Shown here piece by piece: positions 1 through 9,348 of a DNA stretch of 64,000 bases. Source of the stretch: a virus. A program made the translations under genes and the position numbers. Every line of letters starts with the position of its first letter. Within the stretch, counting starts at the first letter, position 1. The notes under the pieces were generated by a model, which was not told the origin of the DNA, did not search any database, and was given only the letters and a program-made list of their open reading frames with translations. The stretch lies in IMG/VR virus record IMGVR_UViG_3300036860_000514, positions 8,038 to 72,037 of that record; one strand, written 5' to 3'.

Positions 1-618
1 GCGTCGGTAGTCCTCCGCACTGTGTCCGTGCCGACTGAGGAGATCGGCTTCGTACTCGATCAGAATATCGGGGTGATCGCGTTGGATGATTTTCTCCGCC
101 CCGAGGAGGACGTGGAGATCGGCGCCCTGGGTATCGACCTTCAGGACATGGACTGGAGCCGCCCACGCCCACCCCCACGCATCTAACGGGCGGGCGAGCG
201 CGCCCTGCCTACGCGGGCGTACATGCGCCTTCCTCGCAGGGAGCCACGTGTTCGAGGCACGCGTCGGATGCTCACGCACTTCGTAGAGATTGATGTCTCG
301 GCTATAACAGAAGGTCGGCCTGACGTGCACACGGTGGCCCCAGTCATTCGCGTGGACGTTCCGTTCGAGCAGAGGCTGGTAGGCCGGATTCGCCTCGACC
401 GCCTCCACCAAGCACCCCCGAGCCGCAAGATACCCCGCGTAGAGCCCGACGTGCGCCCCGACATCGATCACGTGTGATCCCACAGGGACCGCGTCGAGGA
501 CTGGCTTGAGGTTGAGGTCCCAGAAGCCGTCTCGTTGGATGTCCGCGTTCATGTAGTCGGCCGCCCGCGTCCAGAAGGTGCCGTACGGGAGAGTCAGCAG
601 GGTCTCCTCGTCGGTCAT
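1..618 (-). CDS. FkbM-family SAM-dependent methyltransferase (3' end runs off window)
   Basis: Manual translation: MTDEETLLTLPYG...VIDVGAHVGLYA...VEAVEANP...LKVDTQGADLHVLLGAEKII; ATG overlaps the TGA of the upstream gene. Confidence 0.88.
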   Translation of the reverse strand, partial: MTDEETLLTLPYGTFWTRAADYMNADIQRDGFWDLNLKPVLDAVPVGSHVIDVGAHVGLYAGYLAARGCLVEAVEANPAYQPLLERNVHANDWGHRVHVRPTFCYSRDINLYEVREHPTRASNTWLPARKAHVRPRRQGALARPLDAWGWAWAAPVHVLKVDTQGADLHVLLGAEKIIQRDHPDILIEYEADLLSRHGHSAEDYRR

Positions 619-1313
619 CGGTAACTCCAGTAGCGAACCGCTGGCTGCCACGGTCCCACATAGCCTGGGTTCGGTTTCCAGACGATCACGCACGAGTTGA
701 CGCCGGCGTTCGCCGCCGCTGAGCCGTCCGGCCGGAGGAACGAGATCCGGTGCGGCAGTCGGCGCTCTTCCATCGCGGCGTGCCCGGCCCATCCCAGATC
801 GTTGACAACGAGCTTTCCGTTCGCTTGCTGCCCACGGATCTCGTGTCCCTGGACGTACGCGCGAAACCATTCGGTCTGTGGGGCATACGGGAGGATGGCG
901 TAGGTGGTGAAGCCCTGCCGGCTTTCCTGCCAGCACTTCTCCGCCCAGCTCTCGACCTCGTACCAGCGAGCCTTGGTCTCGTTCTTCTCGTGCTCGACCC
1001 ACGTGCCGTCGATCTCGATCCGCCCCGTCCGATACGCATTCGCCAGCTTCTTGCTAAAGGGTGGATTCAAAAAGCCGGGCCCCCGGCCGAACTTGCTCGA
1101 CCACTTGACGGCGAAGGCGTCCTCGCTGATCACACTCCCCGGCCCGAGGAACGTGTAGCTCTCCCCATCGCGCGAGACGAGGGCATTGTCAAGATCCGCG
1201 GCGAGGTCGACCACGAAGCGCGCCTCGTCGTCGAGCTTGTTATAGCAGTCCTGGGGCGTCCGCCAGTTAGACTCCTCGCTCGAATGGATTACACGGCGAT
1301 CGTGGTCTCTCAC
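615..1313 (-). CDS. Phage DNA N6-adenine methyltransferase (Dam_phage-like)
   Basis: WRTPQ..., VVDLAAD, catalytic FLNPPFS, TEWF, RISF motifs. Confidence 0.88.
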   Translation of the reverse strand: MRDHDRRVIHSSEESNWRTPQDCYNKLDDEARFVVDLAADLDNALVSRDGESYTFLGPGSVISEDAFAVKWSSKFGRGPGFLNPPFSKKLANAYRTGRIEIDGTWVEHEKNETKARWYEVESWAEKCWQESRQGFTTYAILPYAPQTEWFRAYVQGHEIRGQQANGKLVVNDLGWAGHAAMEERRLPHRISFLRPDGSAAANAGVNSCVIVWKPNPGYVGPWQPAVRYWSYR

Positions 1314-2551
1314 GTTGTTACCGCCCGCTCGCTGACGATCTCGACCTTTGGGAGTGGGAAGATCATCGACCCGCCCCGCCGGAGATACTCCGCTTCCCGT
1401 CGTAGGATGGCATCACGAAACTGCCAGATCCCCACCAGCAGCGCCGCTGGGGGTTCATCTCGTCCAATCGTCTCGTCGATGATCGGAATCTTCGTGACGG
1501 TCTGCAGGCCCCACTTCGCTTGGTCTCGCTCCCAGGCATACCGGATAACGTCCCCAGTGACGTCACACCACTGCGCCAACGTATTGAATTTGGTCGACGC
1601 CCCGTAGACGTCGATCGTCTTGCCGTGCAGCACACCGTAGCGGCTGACGATCGCGCGAATCTGCCGGCGTACTTCGCCGGCGCGGTAAGCGAAGCGCGGG
1701 AAGGTCTGCCAATCTTCGGCGTTCCTCTCTCGGATGTGCAAGAGCGAGATACGTCGGCCGTCGACCTCCGCCCCCTTGTGGCGGATGTAGAGGCGATAGC
1801 TGCCCCCGTTGATCGGGCGCTCCTCGGCGTCAACCACGACCAGTCCCAATGGTTCGATCAGCCGCTGAAAGCTGGCGAGCGTGTAGTAGACCAGATGCTC
1901 GTGGCAGATGTTGTCGAAGGCCGCGATCTTCTGCATCTGATCCCAGTCCTGGAACTGCACGATCCAGATCCCGTCCGGATGCAGGAAGTCGCGGATCGCG
2001 TCGACGAACGCCCGGGGGTCGTCCGCGTCATAGAAACAGGCGATCGAGGTGATGATCTTGACCCGCGCCCGCTGCGAGTTGAGCCAGCGCGCGCCGACCG
2101 GGAAGTAATCGCGCACGATCAGCTCGGCATGCGGATAGAGCTCCTGATAGAGGTTCTCCGCCGGCTCGAAGGCGACCCGATTGATCCCGAGCGGATAGTT
2201 GGCGAGCAGCGTCCCGTCGTTCGCCCCGATGTCCATCACGTGATCCCCTGCCTGGAGATCGACGCGGGCACGCGCCTGCTCGACGATGTCTTTCAGTTCG
2301 GCACACATCGTTTCGTTGATCCGTGACCGGTACCAGTACTTCCGGAATAAGAGGTCTGGATCGACCGTGTGCTGAAGCTGCACCAGTCGACACTGGGTAC
2401 AGACACAGAGCACGAGCGGGGCTCGCAGGGGAGGCTCCGCTCCGGGCTGCAGGAAGTCTGAGAGCACCGGTTTACCCAGATCGAGGAAGGGCTCCAGAGC
2501 CGCACCGCAGGCGCGACACTCACGCGACTGATAGGGTTCGGGCGTAGTCAC
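1310..2551 (-). CDS. NDP-sugar C-methyltransferase-like protein (Zn-binding N-terminus + SAM domain + C-methyltransferase C-terminus)
   Basis: CRACG..FLDLG..P..DF, CTQCRLVQL, DIGANDGTLL, FDNICHEHLVYY, NGGSYR, YGASTK, FPLP; GTG at 2551 with GGAGG (ORF track extends to 2599). Confidence 0.88.
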   Translation of the reverse strand: MTTPEPYQSRECRACGAALEPFLDLGKPVLSDFLQPGAEPPLRAPLVLCVCTQCRLVQLQHTVDPDLLFRKYWYRSRINETMCAELKDIVEQARARVDLQAGDHVMDIGANDGTLLANYPLGINRVAFEPAENLYQELYPHAELIVRDYFPVGARWLNSQRARVKIITSIACFYDADDPRAFVDAIRDFLHPDGIWIVQFQDWDQMQKIAAFDNICHEHLVYYTLASFQRLIEPLGLVVVDAEERPINGGSYRLYIRHKGAEVDGRRISLLHIRERNAEDWQTFPRFAYRAGEVRRQIRAIVSRYGVLHGKTIDVYGASTKFNTLAQWCDVTGDVIRYAWERDQAKWGLQTVTKIPIIDETIGRDEPPAALLVGIWQFRDAILRREAEYLRRGGSMIFPLPKVEIVSERAVTT

Positions 2552-2987
2552 GGAGGGCCTCCAGCGCGGGAGCCAGGACGGCTCGAACCTGCGCGACAAT
2601 CTCGGGATTGACCGACTCTCGGTTGCCCGCGACGTTCAGGATGGTGATCTGGTGGAGGATGATGAAGCCGATCAGGGCCTCGACGGACGGGTTCACCGTG
2701 TACGGCTTGTTGTAGCGGATGCAGGTGTACCGAGTGCGTCGACTCCCCGAGGAGTCCACGTCGCCAAACAGGACCGTGCCATCAGCCGCCTGCACGTTCT
2801 TATCTGTCCGCCCCTGATAGTGTTCACTGTCATCCTCGATGAGGCCATAGTCGGCGAGCCAGGGGGCGGGGCCGTACTCGGTACGCCAGCCGAGTGGCGC
2901 GGTGCCGCCCGTCTCATAGCCCAGCTCACGAGCGACACGGATCCCCGTCTGATCCGCGCCGCTCTGCCCGCCGGAGATGACCTTCAT
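2520..2987 (-). CDS. SLOG-superfamily protein (putative molybdenum-carrier / cpYpsA-like)
   Basis: KVISGGQSGAD, GGTAP.G, Y..RT..NV..ADGT, LNVAGNRES. Confidence 0.85.
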   Translation of the reverse strand: MKVISGGQSGADQTGIRVARELGYETGGTAPLGWRTEYGPAPWLADYGLIEDDSEHYQGRTDKNVQAADGTVLFGDVDSSGSRRTRYTCIRYNKPYTVNPSVEALIGFIILHQITILNVAGNRESVNPEIVAQVRAVLAPALEALRDYARTLSVA

Positions 2988-3036
2988 AGCTTCCCTTCCC
3001 AGATGCGATCTTTCAGGGCTGGCCAGCCTTTCTTAA

Positions 3037-3315
3037 TTACAGTGATCCCTTTGACTGTTCGTGATCCCGAATCCACTGCTGGGCCTCGCGCGCCGCCTCG
3101 ACGTACGCTCGACTCGGGTGTCCCGAGACCTCCTGGCCCGGTTGGTAAGCGCTCCAGATCCGCTGGCGTATCGACCGTGGCAACTGGTACCAGTGGGCTC
3201 GGCAGCCCCACATCGCCGGGGGTACCTGAGTTGGGCAGTTTGGCCAATGGCATGTGTGGCTCCTCGTTTGTCCTTGTCGAAGGACGTACTCGACTTTGTC
3301 GTGGATCGTCGTCAT
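3037..3315 (-). CDS. Conserved phage hypothetical protein with Cys/His cluster
   Basis: HTCHWPNC...WGCRAHW; coupled start with upstream gene. Confidence 0.7.
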   Translation of the reverse strand: MTTIHDKVEYVLRQGQTRSHTCHWPNCPTQVPPAMWGCRAHWYQLPRSIRQRIWSAYQPGQEVSGHPSRAYVEAAREAQQWIRDHEQSKGSL

Positions 3316-3977
3316 GAGCGTTTCACCAGCGCGAGAGAGGCAAACGTATAGTCGTAGACCTGGTTGCCGTGATAGGTCCAGTCTTCGGCCTCCCCGAGGA
3401 GGCTGAAATCATCTAACGGATGCTGCGGGCCGACATCTTCAAACCGATGACGAGCATGCGCGAGGTCTCGCCAGTCGTCGAGGGAGAAGATCCGTTTCCG
3501 CATCCAGTGAAAGTGAGCTGTGTCGGGACCATTCTGATCCCAGCAGTCCATGGTGAGAAAGAGCAGCCCCCCAGGGGCGACGAGGCAGTTTAGGTGGTAC
3601 AGAAACTGGTCGAGATCCTCGACGTGCTCGAGGACGGAGAGACAGGTCACGATACACGCGAGATGTGGTGCCTGCTGCAGGTACTGAGCGAGGCTCATAT
3701 TCACGATGGGATCGATTACTCTGACTGAGCAGGCCGTAGTTTGATCAAGCATCTCTGAGAATGGACTTCCCGCGCCACCAATGTCAGCCACGCCAGCCGA
3801 ATGAGCATAGTTGCCGTGATCCATCCAGTAGCGGACTGCTCGGAGAGCCATCGCATACTCCCACCGCCGCATCGGGTGCTGTTCTCGCGCCGAGGCGAAG
3901 TGCTGATCGACGATCCGCAGCTCCTCCGTGAGCTGATCGAAGTCAGTCGGATTGAGGACCTTTGAGAGCGCGAGCAT
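3312..3977 (-). CDS. Class I SAM-dependent methyltransferase
   Basis: RRWEY, DIGGAGS, CLSVLEHV, APGGLLFLT. Confidence 0.85.
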   Translation of the reverse strand: MLALSKVLNPTDFDQLTEELRIVDQHFASAREQHPMRRWEYAMALRAVRYWMDHGNYAHSAGVADIGGAGSPFSEMLDQTTACSVRVIDPIVNMSLAQYLQQAPHLACIVTCLSVLEHVEDLDQFLYHLNCLVAPGGLLFLTMDCWDQNGPDTAHFHWMRKRIFSLDDWRDLAHARHRFEDVGPQHPLDDFSLLGEAEDWTYHGNQVYDYTFASLALVKRS

Positions 3978-4211
3978 TCAATGCCCCTCCAACAGTCGAC
4001 GATAGGCTGTGGTGACACTCTCAAGTGTGTCGAGTAATTCCTGCGACGGCGGTCCGAAGACTTGGAAGGCTAAGTCACCGGAGGGCATTCGTAGTAGCGC
4101 CGCGACGAGCGTGCCCTCGTCAACGGCACGCCGGACGATCGCACGGATCTCCGCACTTGAGTACGGGAGAGGCCGCCCTTTCGTATCGATGGCGAAGTCA
4201 TCTATAGACAT
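3978..4211 (-). CDS. Hypothetical protein
   Basis: Tightly packed in operon. Confidence 0.65.
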   Translation of the reverse strand: MSIDDFAIDTKGRPLPYSSAEIRAIVRRAVDEGTLVAALLRMPSGDLAFQVFGPPSQELLDTLESVTTAYRRLLEGH

Positions 4212-4399
4212 CAGAGCTCCTGCCAGCCGTTTGGAAGGCTCTTATCCGCCGGTCGAATCACATACGCGCGAAGTTCGCCTTGGCTTTCCCAACAGGAGTG
4301 CACCAGGTATCCCGCGTACACCAGTTCCACGATTGCCTCCGTCCACCCAGTCGGGAGACGCAGGCGCACAATCATAGGCTGTCCGAGTTGGACGCTCAC
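4211..4399 (-). CDS. Hypothetical protein
   Basis: GTG overlaps the TGA of the GT gene; fills the operon gap. Confidence 0.55.
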   Translation of the reverse strand: MSVQLGQPMIVRLRLPTGWTEAIVELVYAGYLVHSCWESQGELRAYVIRPADKSLPNGWQEL

Positions 4400-5418
4400 G
4401 CCTGCACCAGCCGCCGATAGAGATCCGCGTAACGCTTCCCGACTCTCGCCCAACTCTCCTGCTCCGCGAGCGCCACGATCCCAGGGTCTATTCGTTGGAT
4501 CGGCATCTCACGGAGATAGTCGGCGACATCCTCGAAGGTTTCCGCCCAGCGAATCGTCGCCTGCCCGAGGGGGTCGTCGTAGAGGGCTCGGAACTGCCGG
4601 CAGGTTTTCAGGGCAATGACCGGCTTCCGCGCGCCGATGCCTTGGAGGATGGCGCCGGATTGTCCAGTGTTGTGGCAGACGTAGCAGAAGGCCGTCGCAT
4701 CGCAGCCGGCGAGCAGATGCCCGACAAGTGTGCGGTGGGTGAAATCGGTCCGCACCCAGCTATCCGGGTTCAGGGTCCGCCACTGGTCGACTTGCTCCGG
4801 CGTCGCGTGCGGCGCGATCAGCAGGAGTGCCCACCCGCACGCTCGTGTCACCCGCGCGAGTTGGTCATAGTTCTTCCAGGGGAACGGGAATCCGACGGTA
4901 CCAAGCACCGGTTGCTGCTCCCATCCTTTGAAGCACACTTCTGGCGAGCCTCGTCCCGCCCCGAAGAGATACGGGTTACGGGGCCCCGGCACACCCATCC
5001 GCCAGTAGTAGGGTGCTGGCCGCGTGAGGCTACTCCGCAGATCATCTGCTGGCTCGTGAATCACGAACGCGTCAGCGACCTCGAAGAGTAATCTGGACAA
5101 ATACGAGTTCGGGACCCCGGTGTCGTGATAGGTGATCACGACCTTGACACCCCGCTTCTGGTAGTGCTGGACCCAGTCTGGTGACCAACGCGAGAGCAAG
5201 GCTGCTTGGTAGTTCAGGTGCAGGACGTCGAGTCGTGGGTTCCCTACCGGATCGTGGGGGCTCTCAAAGTCAGCGGGGGGCATGGTGGGATCGAGATGCT
5301 CCTGAGGGATAATTCGGATATCACCCCCGTCGGCTTCGACCGCCTCTTTCAGATAGGCGGAGTGCTCCGCGATCCCGCAGGGCTGATCCCACGTGGTGAC
5401 CAGCAGGACGTTGATCAT
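4396..5418 (-). CDS. Glycosyltransferase, GT-B fold (GT4-like)
   Basis: TTWDQPCGIAEHS, LHLNYQ, VITYHD, GFPFPWKN, SGAILQGIGARKPVI; ATG at 5418 overlaps upstream stop. Confidence 0.82.
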   Translation of the reverse strand: MINVLLVTTWDQPCGIAEHSAYLKEAVEADGGDIRIIPQEHLDPTMPPADFESPHDPVGNPRLDVLHLNYQAALLSRWSPDWVQHYQKRGVKVVITYHDTGVPNSYLSRLLFEVADAFVIHEPADDLRSSLTRPAPYYWRMGVPGPRNPYLFGAGRGSPEVCFKGWEQQPVLGTVGFPFPWKNYDQLARVTRACGWALLLIAPHATPEQVDQWRTLNPDSWVRTDFTHRTLVGHLLAGCDATAFCYVCHNTGQSGAILQGIGARKPVIALKTCRQFRALYDDPLGQATIRWAETFEDVADYLREMPIQRIDPGIVALAEQESWARVGKRYADLYRRLVQA

Positions 5419-5621
5419 GCGTTCGCCTTCGCGTCTCGCACTTTCTGGAGCAGCGCCGCTTGGTCTTCGGTCGCCAGTGCGCCGAAGGCACGTGATCCGA
5501 GTAAGGCTCCCTCGATGAGGGCCCACTCATCAGCGGTGAAGCTGATACTCGTCTCGGCTGCCGGCGTCGTCGGCTCCGATGCTGGTTCTGCAGTCTCGTC
5601 GGCGGCTTTCCTCTTGGCCAT
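5415..5621 (-). CDS. Hypothetical protein
   Basis: 68-aa ORF, stop overlaps next start. Confidence 0.6.
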   Translation of the reverse strand: MAKRKAADETAEPASEPTTPAAETSISFTADEWALIEGALLGSRAFGALATEDQAALLQKVRDAKANA

Positions 5622-5787
5622 CGATGATCCATCCCATCTCAGGGGTCGCCCCTGGATAGAGTTCTACGGTCGGTTGCCCGTCAGGTTGGTCCGGGAGAGG
5701 GATCTCCTCAGTCGGACACTGCACGCAGATTCGTGCGATCGTCTGCGGGTCGAGGGGTAGGGGGCTTGGACGCCGGCGACGGCTCAT
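5530..5787 (-). CDS. Hypothetical protein (overlaps both neighbours)
   Basis: ATG with upstream GAGGAG; about 80-90 nt overlaps on each side. Confidence 0.3.
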   Translation of the reverse strand: MSRRRRPSPLPLDPQTIARICVQCPTEEIPLPDQPDGQPTVELYPGATPEMGWIIDGQEESRRRDCRTSIGADDAGSRDEYQLHR

Positions 5788-6166
5788 GGGCTTTCTCCTC
5801 TCCACGGTGTTCCCCGACGTCGATATTGATACGCTGCACCAGACGCATCCGGTGATCGTTCAGGTCTTGGATGCGGCAGCCAATCCGGCCCGCCTCTTCC
5901 ATCAGCCCGTCGTTCGGGTCATGAGCACGAATCTCGCGCAAGTCGTCTTCGGCATGCCACAGCGCGCCGTTGACGGCGGCTAACTCAATGGCAGTCTCGA
6001 GCCACGTGCCGCTCAGCGCACGGCTCCCGAGCTTGACCAGGAGGGCGTTGCGTTCGTCGATGAAATGCTTGACCTCCCGACTCCGCTCTTTTCCGAAAAG
6101 AATCTTCAGAGCGAGGATCGTCAGCCGATCCGTAATCTCGCCGGCGCCGTAGTTAACGAGGCGCAT
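5708..6166 (-). CDS. DUF6165-like helical protein
   Basis: GEITDRLTILALK...VNGALWHAEDDLR...LNDHR..L...IN. Confidence 0.75.
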   Translation of the reverse strand: MRLVNYGAGEITDRLTILALKILFGKERSREVKHFIDERNALLVKLGSRALSGTWLETAIELAAVNGALWHAEDDLREIRAHDPNDGLMEEAGRIGCRIQDLNDHRMRLVQRINIDVGEHRGEEKAHEPSPASKPPTPRPADDRTNLRAVSD

Positions 6167-6998
6167 AGTTCCCCCGGTGGATGGCCTGCTTGATCGCGTC
6201 GCGCACATGCCGCGCATCGAAGGTCGGCTTGCCGTCGTTGCCCTTCACGCAGGTCACTCGCGGGCCGTCCATCCCGAAGGGCCAGAAGATCGGATGCCAG
6301 CGCGCCTCGCTCGGCTCGACGATGATCGCCGGCGTGCCCATCGCACACGCGAGGACATGCAGGGCGGAGCAACAGCCGAGGAAGACGTGGGCCCCGCCGA
6401 TCGCTTCGGCTGCGCCGATCCAGCCGAGATCTGAAACGTGTCCGCCCTCCGTCCGCCAGCGAGAGCCGGGGATCCCGGAGATCGAGAGCCAGCCGGCGCC
6501 TGCTTGGTCAGCGATCGGATCTTGGCGGAGGAGTTCCCAGATCCCGTACTTGAGTTCGAACCACTCATCGGTGAAGCCGACCACACACCGCGCCGGGACG
6601 TGCAAGGGCCCCAGTGGAGCATCTATCCACGGCGTCTTGAGATCGATCGGCGCCAGCTCGCGGCCCCACTGCGAGACGGCATTGAAGTAATGCTCTAGCG
6701 GTAGCGCATTCATCGGCCAGCGCTGATAGCCGAGATGGATCACGCGATCGTAGGCACTCGGATCAACAGGAGCCTGCCACGGTGTCATCGGGGCCGTCTC
6801 CTGGACCTGCCAGTCGGCGAGGACATGCACGTGGCCGATGTAGGGCTGCTGGCGGATCAGGGGCGCGATCGATCCATACTTCGCACTGATCGCCAGATCG
6901 ACCGCCTCACGCCCGATCGTCTTCGCGATGGCGCGCACCGTCGGGAGCGACCAGAGGATGTCCCCGAACCGGCCCGGCATGGTGCAGAGGACGGTCAC
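6153..6998 (-). CDS. Glycosyltransferase family 9-like (heptosyltransferase-like)
   Basis: GRFGDILWSLPTVRAI, QPYI, A.VFLGCCSALHVLACAMGTP. Confidence 0.8.
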   Translation of the reverse strand: MTVLCTMPGRFGDILWSLPTVRAIAKTIGREAVDLAISAKYGSIAPLIRQQPYIGHVHVLADWQVQETAPMTPWQAPVDPSAYDRVIHLGYQRWPMNALPLEHYFNAVSQWGRELAPIDLKTPWIDAPLGPLHVPARCVVGFTDEWFELKYGIWELLRQDPIADQAGAGWLSISGIPGSRWRTEGGHVSDLGWIGAAEAIGGAHVFLGCCSALHVLACAMGTPAIIVEPSEARWHPIFWPFGMDGPRVTCVKGNDGKPTFDARHVRDAIKQAIHRGNYAPR

Positions 6999-7249
6999 GG
7001 ATGCTCCCCCGCAAGAATCCGGTGCATCTCGAAAGGCTCGGGCGTGACGCTCGTAAAGACGAGTTGCACGTGCGCCGCCGCCTGCTCGGCGAAGGAGGCC
7101 TTGGGATCGATGGTGATGGGGGTCGTCGGGAAGACGAGCACGGCCTCGGCGAGCGGGATCGAGGGCTTGTCCGGTCCCCCGAAGCGCAGGCGGACCTCGG
7201 CCTCCCCAGGCACACGTTGCAGGAGTGTGGCGAGTTCAGAGGCTTTCAT
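6995..7249 (-). CDS. Hypothetical protein
   Basis: Coupled in operon. Confidence 0.65.
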   Translation of the reverse strand: MKASELATLLQRVPGEAEVRLRFGGPDKPSIPLAEAVLVFPTTPITIDPKASFAEQAAAHVQLVFTSVTPEPFEMHRILAGEHP

Positions 7250-7659
7250 GGCACGACTCCCTCCGGCGCGGCGAGTAGACAGGCGCGCGCCGCCTCGTCA
7301 GTCAGGAGATAGGCATAGAACGGCTTCCCCTCGCGGAGCGCCTTGATACAGCGATGCGTGCCGTCGATCAGGACGTACTGGATCGCGCCCTGCCAGAGGA
7401 TCGGTGCCGCGATGCCCCATTCCTTCGGGTTGGCCGACGCCACAACCGCGTCGTCGTACTCGTTGTGATCCGCGATATGCTGCATCACGGCTGGATCGAT
7501 TGGCGCTGGTGCGGGTTGGACGATATGGCCTGCGTCGAGCTGTCGTTTCGCTCGACCAATGTCCCAGGTGATGCGCCCCACACCAGGGATGTCGTGGTGG
7601 TACACCTCCACTTTGAAGGTCCCACTGAGATAGGCGAGGAACGGCCCCTCTTCAGTCAT
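7246..7659 (-). CDS. ParB/Srx-like N-terminal domain protein
   Basis: YVLIDGTHRCIKA motif. Confidence 0.6.
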   Translation of the reverse strand: MTEEGPFLAYLSGTFKVEVYHHDIPGVGRITWDIGRAKRQLDAGHIVQPAPAPIDPAVMQHIADHNEYDDAVVASANPKEWGIAAPILWQGAIQYVLIDGTHRCIKALREGKPFYAYLLTDEAARACLLAAPEGVVP

Positions 7660-7880
7660 CGCCCGATCCACTGCGCATGGCTCGCCCGCGGGCCCCTGTC
7701 GTTCTGATCCTGCGGGACGAAGGTGACGACGTCCCCTTCCTCAAGATCCTGGAAACTCCGCCCCTGCAGCTCGCTGTGATGGAGGAAGTAGTCACCCCGT
7801 TCGCCATCGCAACGGAGGAAGGCGAACCCGCGATCCGTGATGATGCGCGTCACGCGCCCGGTCTTTGTTATGTCAGCCAT
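7656..7880 (-). CDS. Cold-shock domain protein
   Basis: RGFAFL (RNP1), YFLHHS (RNP2), L.EGD.V.F, RGPRA. Confidence 0.88.
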   Translation of the reverse strand: MADITKTGRVTRIITDRGFAFLRCDGERGDYFLHHSELQGRSFQDLEEGDVVTFVPQDQNDRGPRASHAQWIGR

Positions 7881-7883
7881 CGT

Positions 7884-8762
7884 TCACACTCTGATTGGAA
7901 GGACGTCTCGAAAGTTGTCGTACCAAATACGATGGGCGTCTGCCCAGAGTCCCTGATCCCCGTCGGGATGCTTCGTCTTCGCCCACGCTTGATAGCCGGC
8001 GTCCCCGACGGCCGTCTGCCCGCCCAGATGGCGCGCCCGGAGCGGGAGGTACCAGACCTCCCAGCCATAGCGCTTCGCCAGACAGCCCAGCATGCCGTCA
8101 TAGCCGTGGTGGATCACGCCGAGCTTCTCTAGATAGGTCCAGGGAGCATCCCACTGGCGAAGTCCACCATAGCGGTCAGGATCTCGTGCGTTCTGGAGGT
8201 TTGGTGCTAGCCCCTGCCCAAGCCAAAATTCTCGCCGGCCAATCTGTGAGAACCCATCGAGGCAGGCCACCGGCTCAGGGAGCAGCGATCGCAGCCCGTG
8301 GCGTTCGGCATCAATGAGATTGCTCCGGAACCCGACGCGGGCGAGCTGCATCGGACCATACGGCGTCGAGTAGAGCGCATCACTGCCGAGCCCGAGTGCC
8401 CCACCGAATCCCGCCAGCCCACACGCGGGATAGCGTTCGAAGTGCCTGGTGACGAGCACATCCCAGCCCGGCTGGTGAATCTCGAAGTCATCGTGCAGGC
8501 ACGCGATGATCTCAGCCCCGTCCGCCAGCGCCTTCTCCACGCCCTGTCGATAGGCTCGGACGGTGCCGAGGTACTCGGCCGACACGTAGGCGCGCATGGC
8601 GGGGATCTGGAGCTCGGTCGCAATCGCCGGATCCCACGACGCTCCGGTCCCATTCGCGATGAGATAGATCGGAATCTGCGTACTCACCAGGTGCTGCCAG
8701 GACCGGAGGCAGAGCGCCGCGCGCCGAAGGTCGGTCGTCGCCGTGACGATCGCGAGCGTCAT
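7884..8762 (-). CDS. Glycosyltransferase, GT-A fold (GT2-like)
   Basis: LAIVTAT, IANG, IIACLHDD, VACLDGF, HHGYDG, RHLGG. Confidence 0.8.
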   Translation of the reverse strand: MTLAIVTATTDLRRAALCLRSWQHLVSTQIPIYLIANGTGASWDPAIATELQIPAMRAYVSAEYLGTVRAYRQGVEKALADGAEIIACLHDDFEIHQPGWDVLVTRHFERYPACGLAGFGGALGLGSDALYSTPYGPMQLARVGFRSNLIDAERHGLRSLLPEPVACLDGFSQIGRREFWLGQGLAPNLQNARDPDRYGGLRQWDAPWTYLEKLGVIHHGYDGMLGCLAKRYGWEVWYLPLRARHLGGQTAVGDAGYQAWAKTKHPDGDQGLWADAHRIWYDNFRDVLPIRV

Positions 8763-9085
8763 GGCTCCTTCACCTCGTCCTCCGTCAGCCGGCGCAGGGG
8801 CATCGGGCCCGCCTGCTCCGCAGTCCGCACGAGAATAAATTCGAGGTTCCGCGCGCCTCGGTCGCAGGTAAATGTGACGGTCGCCGCGATATCAACGAGC
8901 ACGAGCCCGAGCGGGAGCTTCGGGTCGAGGTTCGGCCGGATGTCGACGACGCGCCAGAAGATTGGTCCCGGCACGTTCAGGAGGATCTCGTCTCCGACGT
9001 GGAGCTCCCGGTTGCGATGCTCACGGACGACGAGAGGGACCGTTGTCTGTCCCGTCAAGGGATTGCTGCGCGCTTCGTAGCCCAT
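8759..9085 (-). CDS. Hypothetical protein
   Basis: ATG 9085 with GAGG; coupled stop. Confidence 0.65.
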   Translation of the reverse strand: MGYEARSNPLTGQTTVPLVVREHRNRELHVGDEILLNVPGPIFWRVVDIRPNLDPKLPLGLVLVDIAATVTFTCDRGARNLEFILVRTAEQAGPMPLRRLTEDEVKEP

Positions 9086-9086
9086 C

Positions 9087-9347
9087 TCAGTTCCTCGTCG
9101 GGTCGTCTGGAGGACCCAGGACAAAGTCCACGCGATCGGTCTGTTGGATCCGACTCTGGGTTTCCTTCGGGTGACTCGCGATCGTCTGATCGACGATCTG
9201 CTTGATTACGGGGAGATGATGCCCTTCGATCGTGTACGTGTGCGTCCCGCAGTCCGGACAGTCGATCTGGATCTGCAGGATGATCGCCGTCCGCCCATCC
9301 GGAAATTCGACCAGGATGGTGCGGGCATCGGTGTGCGACTGCGCCAT
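9087..9347 (-). CDS. Hypothetical protein with CxxC
   Basis: CPDCG...HH; ATG 9347. Confidence 0.6.
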   Translation of the reverse strand: MAQSHTDARTILVEFPDGRTAIILQIQIDCPDCGTHTYTIEGHHLPVIKQIVDQTIASHPKETQSRIQQTDRVDFVLGPPDDPTRN

Positions 9348-9348
9348 C

